A stretch of DNA of 64,000 nt from Deltaproteobacteria bacterium. Lineage in GTDB: Bacteria; Desulfobacterota; Desulfomonilia; UBA1062. Positions 47,359 through 57,237 of this stretch are shown piece after piece (within the stretch, counting starts at the first letter, position 1; every line of letters starts with the position of its first letter). Position numbers and translations under genes: made by a program. The notes beneath the pieces are model-generated. The model saw only the letters and a list, made by a program, of their open reading frames with translations, was not told the DNA's origin and made no database searches. The stretch lies in assembly GCA_011046135.1 (NCBI GenBank), contig DSBG01000136.1, positions 9,696-73,695 on the forward strand, given 5' to 3'.

Positions 47359-48303
47359 TCAAGGAGCGTCCGGTGCTTCTTCCTTTCCACTCTCTGATGC
47401 AGGTTCACCAGAAAAGGCATGAAAGTACCCTTCGTTGACCACGACGCCCATCTCAGATCGAAGATTCTCCCTGAGCTCGTCGATGGACTTCTGGAGAACT
47501 TCCTTTTCCAGGGTCCGCTGAATGGACGTTCTCACCTGATCGAGGGTTCTCTCCCGTGCCGGCTTGCGATCTTCGAGCTTGATGAGATGATACCCCGATC
47601 CCGATTTCACCACCTCGCTCACCTCGCCGTTGCCCAGGGCAAAGGCGGCCTCTTCAAATGCGGGATCCATCTTGCCTTTGCTGAACCAGCCAAGATCTCC
47701 CCCCGTGGAGGCAGAAGGACATGATGACACCCTCTGTGCGAGTTCGGCAAAGTCGGCTCCTGACCGTATCTCCCGGAGAAGCTCCCGTGCCCTTTCCTCC
47801 GAATCAACGAGGATGTGCCGTGCACGGATCCTCTCGGCAGTCATGTACCGTTCTCGATTCTGCACATAGTACTGTTCAATCTCGGCATCACCGAGGGTAA
47901 TACTCTTTCGAAGCTCCATTTCCATCTGCTTTGCGAGGAACTGTTCCACGACATACGCGAGCTTGTGCTTCACCTCTTCGTCCTGATCGATCCCGCGTTT
48001 CTTCGCCTCGTGCGCCAGCATTTTCATGCTGATGAATCCCTCCAGGACCTCCCTGCGAAGCTGTGAAGGGGTATACCGTTTCTGGATATGCTCAGGCATC
48101 TGAGCGAGTACCATCTCAATGTCCTTCCCATAGACCACGTCATCCCCGATGATCGCAACAACATCGGGGTCGGTTATACCCCCTGGTGTTCCACCGGCTT
48201 CCTTCTGCGCCTGAGAGCAACCGAACACCACGATGAGAACCATGAACACTGCAGCGAATGACCGTTTCAAGAACCCCTCCTTCTTAAGTTTTTCCTTTAC
48301 CAT
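47359..48303 (-). CDS. Parvulin-type peptidyl-prolyl isomerase, probable lipoprotein (PrsA/PpiC-like)
   Basis: Lipobox VVFGC; RARHILV, FAELA..S.CPS..GGDLGWF, FEEAAF, GYHLIK. Confidence 0.9.
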   Translation of the reverse strand: MVKEKLKKEGFLKRSFAAVFMVLIVVFGCSQAQKEAGGTPGGITDPDVVAIIGDDVVYGKDIEMVLAQMPEHIQKRYTPSQLRREVLEGFISMKMLAHEAKKRGIDQDEEVKHKLAYVVEQFLAKQMEMELRKSITLGDAEIEQYYVQNRERYMTAERIRARHILVDSEERARELLREIRSGADFAELAQRVSSCPSASTGGDLGWFSKGKMDPAFEEAAFALGNGEVSEVVKSGSGYHLIKLEDRKPARERTLDQVRTSIQRTLEKEVLQKSIDELRENLRSEMGVVVNEGYFHAFSGEPASESGKEEAPDAP

Positions 48304-48358
48304 AGAATTGGTTATGTCCCAAGAACTCCCGTTGCGGACATCACGGAAGACATGTCCG

Positions 48359-49015
48359 CTATGAATCTTCCCCCGTTACCAGAACCGCAACAAGGATCCC
48401 CTTGCCGATGGTGACCGTGGCCTTTCGAGCAGTGATCACATTGCTCACCCCGTAGGGGTTCCCGATTTCCATGCGGGCACCGGAAAGCTCGTAGGAAAAC
48501 CCTTTGAGCGTAATCTCCTCCACCTGCGCGGTAAGGGGAAGGAGGGAGACTGTTGCCCCTTCCCTGTCCTCGAAAGATTCTGTGCCTGCGAGGAGAACTA
48601 TCTCCTGGCACTGATCGACAATCCGGGCAGGAATGCCTGCCAAGTAGGCCCGGTAGAGGAGGTGCACATTTGCCAGTGCATGGTCAAACCTGCTCCCGGT
48701 TGCCGCGATGATCTCAATTGCATTCGCCCCCCGCTTGATGGCTTCATCGAGGGCGATGTGCGTATCTGTTGCATCCTTCTCCGGGCTGAACCTGATCACT
48801 TCGATTCCCGTACCGGAAATTTCGTGAAGCTCATGCGGGCTCAGGGAATCCATGTCTCCCACCAGGAGATGTGGAGTAACTCCTGCCTCAAGACAGTAGC
48901 GTGCACCTCGATCCGCGGCGATGATCATCCGAGCATCGCGAGCCTTGTGCGCCAGAAAATCGGCATCGGGTGGATAACCTCCTGAGACTATCAGAAACAT
49001 ACGCGGAATAAACAA
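48359..49015 (-). CDS. thiN: Thiamine diphosphokinase
   Basis: IAADRGA, VGDMDS, EKDATD, G.R.DH..AN, L.GF.Y, GVSN. Confidence 0.92.
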   Translation of the reverse strand: MFIPRMFLIVSGGYPPDADFLAHKARDARMIIAADRGARYCLEAGVTPHLLVGDMDSLSPHELHEISGTGIEVIRFSPEKDATDTHIALDEAIKRGANAIEIIAATGSRFDHALANVHLLYRAYLAGIPARIVDQCQEIVLLAGTESFEDREGATVSLLPLTAQVEEITLKGFSYELSGARMEIGNPYGVSNVITARKATVTIGKGILVAVLVTGEDS

Positions 49016-49098
49016 CGATTGGTTCCTGAAGTCAAGCAGGACCTAGCAATGGGGTCCTCAGCGTCCGTGGCCCGTCGTAAACAGGGGAACCAGGCAAC

Positions 49099-49644
49099 CT
49101 AGAATACCGGCGGAATGTCGGAGAGGGAGGGAAGCCGACTGTCTTTGGCAGATACGATGGGGGATTGTGTGGGCCAGACAATGGCGAGATCAGGATCGTT
49201 CCACCGGATGCCGGCATCGGCATGGGGCGCATAGAAGGCATCGACCTTGTACAAGACCCGTGTGCTGTTTCTCAGGGTACAGAAGCCATGGGCAAAGCCT
49301 CTGGGAACGTAGAGCATCCTCACGGGGGAGCTGGACATTTCAACGGAGAGCCACTTTCCATAGGTCGGGGAAGCCCTCCTCAGATCAACGACCACATCGA
49401 GGATCGAGCCGGTGATGACCCAGATCAGCTTGGCCTGGGCATGGGGAGGATACTGAAAGTGCAGGCCTCTGATCACTCCTGATGACTTTGAGAATGAACA
49501 GTTATCCTGGACAAAATCGACGGCGATGCCATAATCCCGAAAAATCCTCGAGCTGAATGCTTCGAGAAAAAATCCCCGTTGATCCTTGTGAACAGAAGGC
49601 TCAACGATGAACACATCCTGAAGCGTCGTTTCAATGAACTGCAT
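49099..49644 (-). CDS. rfbC: dTDP-4-dehydrorhamnose 3,5-epimerase
   Basis: D.RGFF.E, FVQDN, RGLHFQ, DVVVDLR..SPTYG, GFAHGF, YKVD, WNDP. Confidence 0.95.
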   Translation of the reverse strand: MQFIETTLQDVFIVEPSVHKDQRGFFLEAFSSRIFRDYGIAVDFVQDNCSFSKSSGVIRGLHFQYPPHAQAKLIWVITGSILDVVVDLRRASPTYGKWLSVEMSSSPVRMLYVPRGFAHGFCTLRNSTRVLYKVDAFYAPHADAGIRWNDPDLAIVWPTQSPIVSAKDSRLPSLSDIPPVF

Positions 49645-49728
49645 GCGTCTCCCGTGGCATGGTTCGTTTCTGGAGGTGATTCTTACCCCATCGCCTTCCA
49701 GAAGGCAAGCGAGGAGACGAGAGACACC

Positions 49729-50715
49729 TCAGTCCTTCTCCATGGCATGGGAAATCTCGGCCAGGATATCACGCATTCTGTGGTGATATCTGGGAGAGAC
49801 ATGCATAGGAACGAGCTTCTTCGCCCCGAGCTCTTTTCCGAGATGCCCTGCCTGCTGTGCCGTGAGGTGTCCCTTCTCATACGCACGCTCCCTGAGTTCA
49901 TGGAGGTAGTAAGCCTCCACGAAGAGAATGTCGGGATCGAGGGCAATCTCCTTGATGCGGTCGATATTGGTCTGGCTGAACCGTATATCCGTGATGTACA
50001 CAAGCTTCTGTCCACGAGAGGTTCTGACGATTTCGTGCATGAGGGTTCTAGCCTTACAGAGCGTTTCTCCCTGAGACATCCTGACCGGGATCATCTCCTC
50101 GAGTCGATCCTCGAGGATACACGTCTTGAGAAGACCGATCCAGGTACCGGTTCGGTATCCCTTCTCCCTGAGAACATCGCCAAGTATATGGATGTGGAAC
50201 GGTTCCCTCAGGACAAATCCGAGGGTGGGTATGTTGTGGTCCAGGACCACGGCATCAACGTGGAATCGGCCCTGCCGCGCAATGGTGTGAGAGCTTCTCT
50301 CCCTGTTGTGCATGGAGGAGACCTGGAAACCGCTGCGTGCAGAGGCATGCGTCGTGATCACGGCTGTTGGCCCTACTTCATGGATGATGACGTCGAGTGG
50401 ATAGTTCTGTGTGAGATTCCACGAGTATGCCTGCAGCTTCAAGATTATCTTCTCAGTACTTCCCTCGGGTCCGTAGACATGGATAGGATGCTCCCGATGC
50501 AGAATGACCCTGAGGATCCGATCAAATCCGATGAAATGATCCATGTGCATATGGCTAATAAAGAGAGCATGGAGCCTCAGCACCTCGCGATTTGCAAGGC
50601 CCTGGAACCACCCGCAGTCAAACAGGAGTGAGGTTCGTTCATTGAGGATCTTCACATGAACAACAGGGTCAAATAGGGGTCCATTCACGAGTTTTGAGAG
50701 AAACGATGGTCTCAT
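49729..50715 (-). CDS. Ribonuclease Z-like metallo-beta-lactamase fold protein
   Basis: LLFDCG, SHMHMDH, LDH, YITD, GHLTA, HVSPRY. Confidence 0.85.
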   Translation of the reverse strand: MRPSFLSKLVNGPLFDPVVHVKILNERTSLLFDCGWFQGLANREVLRLHALFISHMHMDHFIGFDRILRVILHREHPIHVYGPEGSTEKIILKLQAYSWNLTQNYPLDVIIHEVGPTAVITTHASARSGFQVSSMHNRERSSHTIARQGRFHVDAVVLDHNIPTLGFVLREPFHIHILGDVLREKGYRTGTWIGLLKTCILEDRLEEMIPVRMSQGETLCKARTLMHEIVRTSRGQKLVYITDIRFSQTNIDRIKEIALDPDILFVEAYYLHELRERAYEKGHLTAQQAGHLGKELGAKKLVPMHVSPRYHHRMRDILAEISHAMEKD

Positions 50716-50869
50716 GGCTTCGTATGGAACGGACCCTCCAGATCCGGATGGTTTTGAGGGAGCACAAGCAGCGTCATCCTTGATCCGGGCATTTCTTCAG
50801 GGCTGTTCCAAGAGTTCTGTCCAGGACAGGAGAACCATCCTATGAACTGTTTCACGGGTTCCCCTGGAG

Positions 50870-52969
50870 TCAGGTGTCGGCGTCAGGAATCATGGCGAGA
50901 TCCTCCATCCACGGGGTATCTTCCGAGTCGCTCGGAGCACGGTAGTCGCCCCTTGGAGAGAGTGAGCCACCGGAGCCGACTTTTGGCCCGTTGGGAATGC
51001 ATGATCGCTTGTACTGAGAGAGTTTGAAAAACCGGTGGATAAATATCTCGAGCCAGTGTTTGATCTCTCCCAGGGTATACTGGTGTCGCTTCCCGCCGGG
51101 AACATCGGGCCAGGTTCCCTGTGCCGCGTCACGCCAGGCACACCAGGAGAGAAAGGCTACCTTGGATGGCCGGTATCCATAGCGGGTGATGTAAAAGGTG
51201 TTGAAATCCTGAAGTTCGTAAGGTCCGATGATGGCCTCCGTGCTCTGGGATGGCTGATCGCCATTCGTACCCGGGATAAGTTCGGGGCTGATTTCTGTAT
51301 CGAGGATCTCTTCAAGACACGACGACACCTCGGGACTGATACCATGCTCCCTGGCAACCCAGCGGACAATGTACTGGATGAGTGTTTTCGGGATACTCAC
51401 GTTCACGTTGTAGTGGGACATGTGATCTCCCACACCGTAGGTGCACCAACCAAGGGCCAGTTCACTCAGGTCCCCGGTTCCCACGACCATTGCCTGCCGG
51501 AAATTCGCGAGCCTGAAGAGAATCGAGGTTCGTGCTCCGGCCTGTACATTTTCAAAGGTCAGGTCAAAGTCATCACTGCCCTGGGCACAGGGATGCCCGA
51601 TATCCTTCAACATCTGGTCGCAGGAGGGTCGAATGTCTATCTCTCCCGCCTCAACCCCCAGTGCATGCATGAGCGCCGTGGCATTTGCATAGGTCTTTTT
51701 CGAGGTGGCATACCCGGGCAAGGTGTATGCCTTGATATTGCTCCTGGGAAGCCCGAGGGCGTCCATGGCCCGCGCGCACACGATAAGGGCATGCGTAGAA
51801 TCGAGCCCTCCTGATACCCCGATCACCAGATTTTTGATCCCTGCAGACTCCATTCTCTTTACCAGTCCCTGGACCTGGATGTTGTAGATTTCAAAACAGC
51901 GTTTCTCCCTGATGGCAGGATCGTGAGGCACATAGGGAAACCGCGGTATCTCCCTTTCAGGCAAAATCCTCCCCCCCGGCATACTCACTTTCACGGGAAC
52001 GGTCCTGAACGCCCCACAGAGGTCTGCATGACTCCTCGTTGCATGACAGAAGGTGGTAAATCGCATCCGATCCTGCACCAGACGCTCCAGATCGATATCA
52101 GCAGTGATCACCTGCGGGCTCCAGGAGAACCGGGAAGACTCGCTGAGGAGGGTTCCATTTTCGGCGATGATCCCGTGGCCGTCCCAGGCAAGATCAGTTG
52201 TGGATTCACCGGGTCCGCAGGCAGAGTAGACATAGGCCGAAACACACCGTGCCGACTGGTTGGAGGCAAGCTCACGGCGATAGTCATCCTTGCCCATGGT
52301 GATGTTCGAAGCTGAAAGGTTTGCAAGTACGGTTGCACCGGAGAGCGCCGCATAACTGGAGGGTGGAATCGGGGCCCAGAGATCCTCACAAATCTCCACG
52401 AAGAATCTGAAGTGCGGGATGTTCTCGCCCTGGAAGAGCAGATCCGGCCCGATTGGTATCGCGGATTGTCCGGCCAGATCAATGCTGTTACAGAAAAGAT
52501 CTCGAGCCGATTTGAAATATCTCGCCTCGTAGTATTCACGATAATTGGGCAGGTAACTCTTCACCGCGATGCCCAGAATCTTTCCTTCATGCATGATGAG
52601 AGCACAATTGAACAGGGCGTTGACCGCCACAATCGGGGCACCGACGACAATGACCATGTCGATGTGAGCCGTCTCGCGCAACAGGGTCTTTAGTCCTTCC
52701 TGCACGGCATGGAGGAGCGATTCCTGGAAAAAGAGGTCGTCATTGGAATAGCCTGATAGTCCAAGCTCCGGAAACACCGCGATGACAGCCTTGCGTGAGT
52801 ATGCCTCCTGCACGAGCTCAATGGTCTTCTCAACATTGAACCGCGGATCAGAAACCCTGATCCCGGGTATACATGCAGCGACCCTGATAAAGGAGTGGGT
52901 GTACATGTTGAAGAAAGACAATCGATCCTGCTTGCGCGTATCTTCTCTTATAGCCTTTCTCTCTCCCAT
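50870..52969 (-). CDS. nadE: Glutamine-dependent NAD+ synthetase
   Basis: Nitrilase triad region (FPEL, K..LP.YRE..E, EICEDLW), SGGLDST, ENVQA, GTGDLSE, SPEL, QYKRS; start at 52969 follows AGGAG. Confidence 0.95.
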   Translation of the reverse strand: MGERKAIREDTRKQDRLSFFNMYTHSFIRVAACIPGIRVSDPRFNVEKTIELVQEAYSRKAVIAVFPELGLSGYSNDDLFFQESLLHAVQEGLKTLLRETAHIDMVIVVGAPIVAVNALFNCALIMHEGKILGIAVKSYLPNYREYYEARYFKSARDLFCNSIDLAGQSAIPIGPDLLFQGENIPHFRFFVEICEDLWAPIPPSSYAALSGATVLANLSASNITMGKDDYRRELASNQSARCVSAYVYSACGPGESTTDLAWDGHGIIAENGTLLSESSRFSWSPQVITADIDLERLVQDRMRFTTFCHATRSHADLCGAFRTVPVKVSMPGGRILPEREIPRFPYVPHDPAIREKRCFEIYNIQVQGLVKRMESAGIKNLVIGVSGGLDSTHALIVCARAMDALGLPRSNIKAYTLPGYATSKKTYANATALMHALGVEAGEIDIRPSCDQMLKDIGHPCAQGSDDFDLTFENVQAGARTSILFRLANFRQAMVVGTGDLSELALGWCTYGVGDHMSHYNVNVSIPKTLIQYIVRWVAREHGISPEVSSCLEEILDTEISPELIPGTNGDQPSQSTEAIIGPYELQDFNTFYITRYGYRPSKVAFLSWCAWRDAAQGTWPDVPGGKRHQYTLGEIKHWLEIFIHRFFKLSQYKRSCIPNGPKVGSGGSLSPRGDYRAPSDSEDTPWMEDLAMIPDADT

Positions 52970-52990
52970 AGTCTCTCCTGTATGGTTGCC

Positions 52991-53019
52991 ATTATACAGC
53001 ATATGCCGCACCAAGGCAA
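52991..53019 (-). promoter_or_regulatory. Sigma70 promoter of nadE
   Basis: Minus strand TTGCCT-N17-TATAAT. Confidence 0.65.
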
Positions 53020-53256
53020 TGACTGCTGAGTACCTATGCTGATCGTCCCCTCGAGGGATTTCGGTTTGTCTTTGTCTGTGACATTCAACAGAACACCTCA
53101 AATCACTCCTGGAAGCCGGTACCACCCGAGAGACCGGTAATCACGATGGCTGCATCACGAGGATCACCCGGCGGCGTCACTGTTGCCGACTGGTCTGGGA
53201 TGAGGAGAAATCAATTCACGCTTGAATTCGGTCCATTCGTGTGAGAGGATGGTTGC

Positions 53257-53640
53257 GGGTTGAAGGAGATCAGGTAATCGCTGGTGATCTGCATGTGCGG
53301 TCACGAGAGGAAAGTCCGGACTCCACAGGGCACGGGTGGTCGCTAACAGCGACCGGGGGTGACCCCAGGGAAAGTGCCACAGAAAACAAACCGCTGTTCT
53401 TCACGGGCAGTAAGGGTGAAACGGTGAGGTAAGAGCTCACCAGTTCCCCGGGTGACCGGGGAAGCTTGGTAAACCCCACCCGGAGCAAGACAAATAGAGG
53501 GGCCTATGGGATTGCCCGTCCTGCCCCTGGGTAGGTCGCTTGAGGGAGCAGGCAACTGCTCTCCTAGAGGAATGATTACCGCCTGGAGCGGGGAAACCTT
53601 CTTCAGGAGACAGAACCCGGCTTACGATCTGCTTCAACCC
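53257..53640 (+). ncRNA. rnpB: RNase P RNA (class A)
   Basis: GAGGAAAGTCCGGACTCC, GGAAAGTGCCACAGAAA, GGGTGAAACGGTG, GGTAAACCCC..GGAGCAAG, ACAGAACCCGGCTTA; P1 ends GGGTTGAAGGAGATC / GATCTGCTTCAACCC pair; T-run follows. Confidence 0.97.
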
Positions 53641-53664
53641 TGACTTTTTTTGTAGATACTCGTT

Positions 53665-54741
53665 GTGGATCGTCTCATGCAGAAGAGATCGAGATTTGAA
53701 CTTGGGCACACAGAAAAGATCAGGCGGTCAATCTACGTATATCTGCGTGACGAGCTCGAGCAAAAGCTCAAATTTCTTGCCCTGGAAAAGCCCTACAGGA
53801 CCTGCCAGGAAAAAAATCTTCCCTATCCTTTCGTGGAATCAGGTGATCTCAGGCCGAAGAAAAAGGAATTTTCCAAGGAATCTCCCACAGCTCAACCGTT
53901 TTTCATCATTTTCTGCGAGGACACCATCGAGGACGTCCATCAGAAGTACATCCGATTCTCGGAAGACAACCGCATCCGCAAGGAAACCATCAGCCTCGTT
54001 CCGGATCTCAGGCTCCACCGGTCGTTTTCCTCCGCGGTGAGATTCTTCGAGCGTGACACCTTTTTCGAACTGCTCGAGCAGCTCTTGGATATCGATTATT
54101 GTCTGCTCATTCAGCGTGAGGTCAGATACAAGAAACGAAACAGATATGCACTGACGCACTTCCACGTGAAGATAGACTGGCCAATCGCAGAAGCGGCTGA
54201 GAGCCTCGGCAGGGAGCTCAGATACATCTCCAAGAGCCTCTACGAGAAGGGTGACAGGTACGCAGAAATCCTCCAGCAGAAGCTCTTCGAGTACTACGGC
54301 TGGCACCATCAGGCAGCTGGAGGCCGCAGATCAGCTGCGCTCATCTCGGCCCAGTATCTCAAGAACGTCTGGGGACTCACCACGATCTATGTTTCGAGCG
54401 CTGAAACCAGAACGCTCACCAGTTATTCCGAAAAGGGTGTGGGCAGGTATGCGGTCGTCCAGATAGAGAAAAAGTATGTGAAACAGCTCATCGAAAGCGC
54501 CAACCTTACAGAGGAAGCCTTCCGGCAGGGATACGCCCTGGGTGAATCGAATGAGTTCTTTGATGTGATCCTCTATGTGAGTTACAAACATACCGAATGG
54601 GGCTCCCCTCCCTCGGATGGAAAGTTACGGATACTCAAGCCTGACTATGCCTGGCTTGTGGTGGACATGGAGATGATCCTTCCCACCCCCCACGCCGTGA
54701 GTTTCAGACCGATCCATGTCAAATGGGTCTATCGGAGCTAA
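53665..54741 (+). CDS. Hypothetical protein (358 aa, no recognised family)
   Basis: Long ORF with host-like codon usage, co-oriented with rnpB and folD; alternative start at 53677. Confidence 0.8.
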   Translation: MDRLMQKRSRFELGHTEKIRRSIYVYLRDELEQKLKFLALEKPYRTCQEKNLPYPFVESGDLRPKKKEFSKESPTAQPFFIIFCEDTIEDVHQKYIRFSEDNRIRKETISLVPDLRLHRSFSSAVRFFERDTFFELLEQLLDIDYCLLIQREVRYKKRNRYALTHFHVKIDWPIAEAAESLGRELRYISKSLYEKGDRYAEILQQKLFEYYGWHHQAAGGRRSAALISAQYLKNVWGLTTIYVSSAETRTLTSYSEKGVGRYAVVQIEKKYVKQLIESANLTEEAFRQGYALGESNEFFDVILYVSYKHTEWGSPPSDGKLRILKPDYAWLVVDMEMILPTPHAVSFRPIHVKWVYRS

Positions 54742-54760
54742 GACAACCAAGGAGGCCTCG

Positions 54761-55627
54761 GTGGCGATTATTCTCAATGGAAACGAACTCTCAGCACGGA
54801 AAAGGGAACAGATCGCCCAGGAAACCCGTGTCTTCGCTGCACAACACGGCAGGGCTCCCGGTCTGGCGGTGATCCTCGTGGGCGACGACCCAGCTTCCTC
54901 AATCTATGTACGCACCAAGAAAAACGACTGCACACAGGTGGGTATCAGATCCTTCGATCACCACCTCCCTGAACACACGGAAGCAGAAGAAGTTCTCTCT
55001 CTGATCAAAACGCTCAATGCAGATGGCGAGGTGGATGGGATCCTCGTGCAGCTTCCCTTGCCGGCCCACATCGACACGCAGGAGGTCCTGCTCACCATTG
55101 ATCCTGCAAAGGATGTGGATGGCTTCCACCCCTACAACATGGGCAGACTCCTTGTGGGAGAGCCGACGATCCTGCCCTGCACCCCCTCGGGGGTGATGTA
55201 CATGCTGAGGGAACACTCGGTGGAGATAAAGGGAAAAGATGCCGTGATTGTCGGCAGGAGCAACATCGTGGGAAAACCCATGGCACTGCTGTTGATGATG
55301 GAGCACGCCACGGTGACCATCTGTCATTCACGAACACGGAACCTCGATCAGAAGATCGCGGCGGCAGATATCGTGGTTGCAGCCATCGGCAAGGCCGAGA
55401 TGATCAAGGGGGAATGGATCAAGGAAGGAGCCGTGGTTATCGACGTCGGCATGAACCGTACCGAAGCCGGCCTCAAGGGCGACGTCTCCTTCGAAGCGGC
55501 CCGGGAACACGCCTCATATATTACCCCTGTTCCAGGTGGTGTAGGCCCCATGACCAGGGCCATGCTGCTCGAGAACACCCTTGTGGCGGCACGGGGACAC
55601 CAGAAAAACCGCGCTGCGAAAACATGA
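54761..55627 (+). CDS. folD: Bifunctional methylene-THF dehydrogenase/cyclohydrolase
   Basis: [57 protein letters not shown]; GTG after AAGGAGG. Confidence 0.97.
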   Translation: MAIILNGNELSARKREQIAQETRVFAAQHGRAPGLAVILVGDDPASSIYVRTKKNDCTQVGIRSFDHHLPEHTEAEEVLSLIKTLNADGEVDGILVQLPLPAHIDTQEVLLTIDPAKDVDGFHPYNMGRLLVGEPTILPCTPSGVMYMLREHSVEIKGKDAVIVGRSNIVGKPMALLLMMEHATVTICHSRTRNLDQKIAAADIVVAAIGKAEMIKGEWIKEGAVVIDVGMNRTEAGLKGDVSFEAAREHASYITPVPGGVGPMTRAMLLENTLVAARGHQKNRAAKT

Positions 55628-55739
55628 CCATTCTCAGAAGGGATGACGCTATCATGAAGGTGTTGGCTCGTACCAGAAGCTGCCCACGGAAAGAACGGGA
55701 GAACCTGTTGTTCCTCTGCTCTTCCCCTGAGTGTTCGCC

Positions 55740-56813
55740 ATGAAAACGCCTCTGTATGCAGAACACCAGAAGCTCAAGGCCCGCATCGTGGATTTTCATG
55801 GCTGGGACATGCCCGTGTGGTACTCCGGCATCAAGCAGGAACACCTGGCCACTCGTTCAGGAGCAGGACTCTTCGATGTGAGCCACATGGGAGAAATTCG
55901 AGTACAGGGTAAAGAGAGTGTCCCCTTTCTTGACCGTATTCTCACCCGTTCAATCCCGGACATACAGCAGGGAAAGGTACGCTATGGCTTCGCGCTCAAT
56001 GAAACAGGAGGAATCATCGATGACCTCACCATCTACTGTGTGCGTTCAGGGGTTGAATACCTGCTCTGCGTGAACGCATCAAACACCGCCGAGGTCTTCT
56101 CCTGGATGGAGCAGCACAACCGTGAGGGGGCGGAGCTTTCTGATATCAGCTCCGAGACTGCCCTGCTCGCCCTTCAGGGACCGCAGGCAGACACAATCCT
56201 CTCTCGGGTTCTTGAAATCGACAAGTGGGATCACCATCCCTTCACCTTTACCCGGTATGATTCCCGCGCGTTCGGGAAACTGATGGTTTCACAAACAGGA
56301 TACACCGGAGCTGGCGGCATCGAAATCTTCATGGATCCTCACTCCGTTGTCCCGCTGTGGAACGCGCTGATCTCTCTGGGCGCTGCTCCCTGCGGTCTCG
56401 GTGCCAGGGATACCCTCAGGCTCGAGATGGGCTATCCGCTCCATGGCAATGACATAGACAGCACCATCACCCCGTTTGAAGCCGGTCTCGGATTTGCCGT
56501 GGACATGAAAAAGGCGGATTTCCTGGGCAAAAACGCCCTGGAAACAGTCCTTTCCGGCGGACTCACGAGGAGGCTCACCGGTCTCGAGATGCTCGAAAAG
56601 GGGGTTCCCCGTCATGGGTGTCCATGCCTAAAAGACGATCAGCAGGTCGGATACGTCTCCTCGGGAAGCATCTCACCGATATTGGACATTGGAATCGCTC
56701 TGTGTTACCTTGAGAACTCCGTGCGCGAGGGAGAAGAGATTACGGTCTCTATCCGGGAGAGGCGGTGCCGGGCTCGGGTGAAAACCCCCCCGTTTGTTGC
56801 AGGAACAGTGTAA
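55740..56813 (+). CDS. gcvT: Glycine cleavage system aminomethyltransferase T
   Basis: KTPL..H, F.GW.MP, GLFDVSHMG, TGYTG, GLGARDTLRLE. Confidence 0.96.
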   Translation: MKTPLYAEHQKLKARIVDFHGWDMPVWYSGIKQEHLATRSGAGLFDVSHMGEIRVQGKESVPFLDRILTRSIPDIQQGKVRYGFALNETGGIIDDLTIYCVRSGVEYLLCVNASNTAEVFSWMEQHNREGAELSDISSETALLALQGPQADTILSRVLEIDKWDHHPFTFTRYDSRAFGKLMVSQTGYTGAGGIEIFMDPHSVVPLWNALISLGAAPCGLGARDTLRLEMGYPLHGNDIDSTITPFEAGLGFAVDMKKADFLGKNALETVLSGGLTRRLTGLEMLEKGVPRHGCPCLKDDQQVGYVSSGSISPILDIGIALCYLENSVREGEEITVSIRERRCRARVKTPPFVAGTV

Positions 56814-56847
56814 GATTTTATATTTCTGTAATCAGGTGAGGAGCCGT

Positions 56848-57237
56848 ATGGTTATACCAGAAGACCTTCTGTACACGAAAGATCACGAGTGGGGGAGAAG
56901 AGAAGACACCTCCCTGAGGGTGGGCATTTCAGACTATGCCCAGAGCGAACTTGGCGACATTGTCTTTGTCGAACTCGAAAAAATGGGAACCCGCGTCCGT
57001 CCCGGAGAAAAGATCGGCACCGTGGAGTCTGTCAAGGCGGTCTCGGAGATCTTTTCCCCCGTGAGTGGAGCCATCATTGAGGTGAACGACTCCCTGGAAC
57101 AGAGCCCTGAGATGATAAACACCGACTGCTACGGGGATGCATGGATGGTGCTCATCGCCATGGACGATCCCACTGAAACAGCCCATCTCATGGGTGCACA
57201 GGCCTACCGGGACTATCTCGAGGCAGAGGCAAAATGA
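56848..57237 (+). CDS. gcvH: Glycine cleavage system H protein
   Basis: YTKDHEW, GISDYAQ.ELGD, VESVKAVS (lipoyl Lys). Confidence 0.97.
   Translation: MVIPEDLLYTKDHEWGRREDTSLRVGISDYAQSELGDIVFVELEKMGTRVRPGEKIGTVESVKAVSEIFSPVSGAIIEVNDSLEQSPEMINTDCYGDAWMVLIAMDDPTETAHLMGAQAYRDYLEAEAK

Noticed and set aside
49579-50631. 350-aa plus-strand ORF
   Set aside because: Antisense shadow of the RNase Z-like gene; no motifs; long shadow ORFs are expected in GC-rich DNA
52970-53256. Search for a riboswitch upstream of nadE (also upstream of gcvT and thiN)
   Set aside because: No recognisable glycine, TPP or NAD aptamer motifs; the nadE promoter leaves only a very short leader
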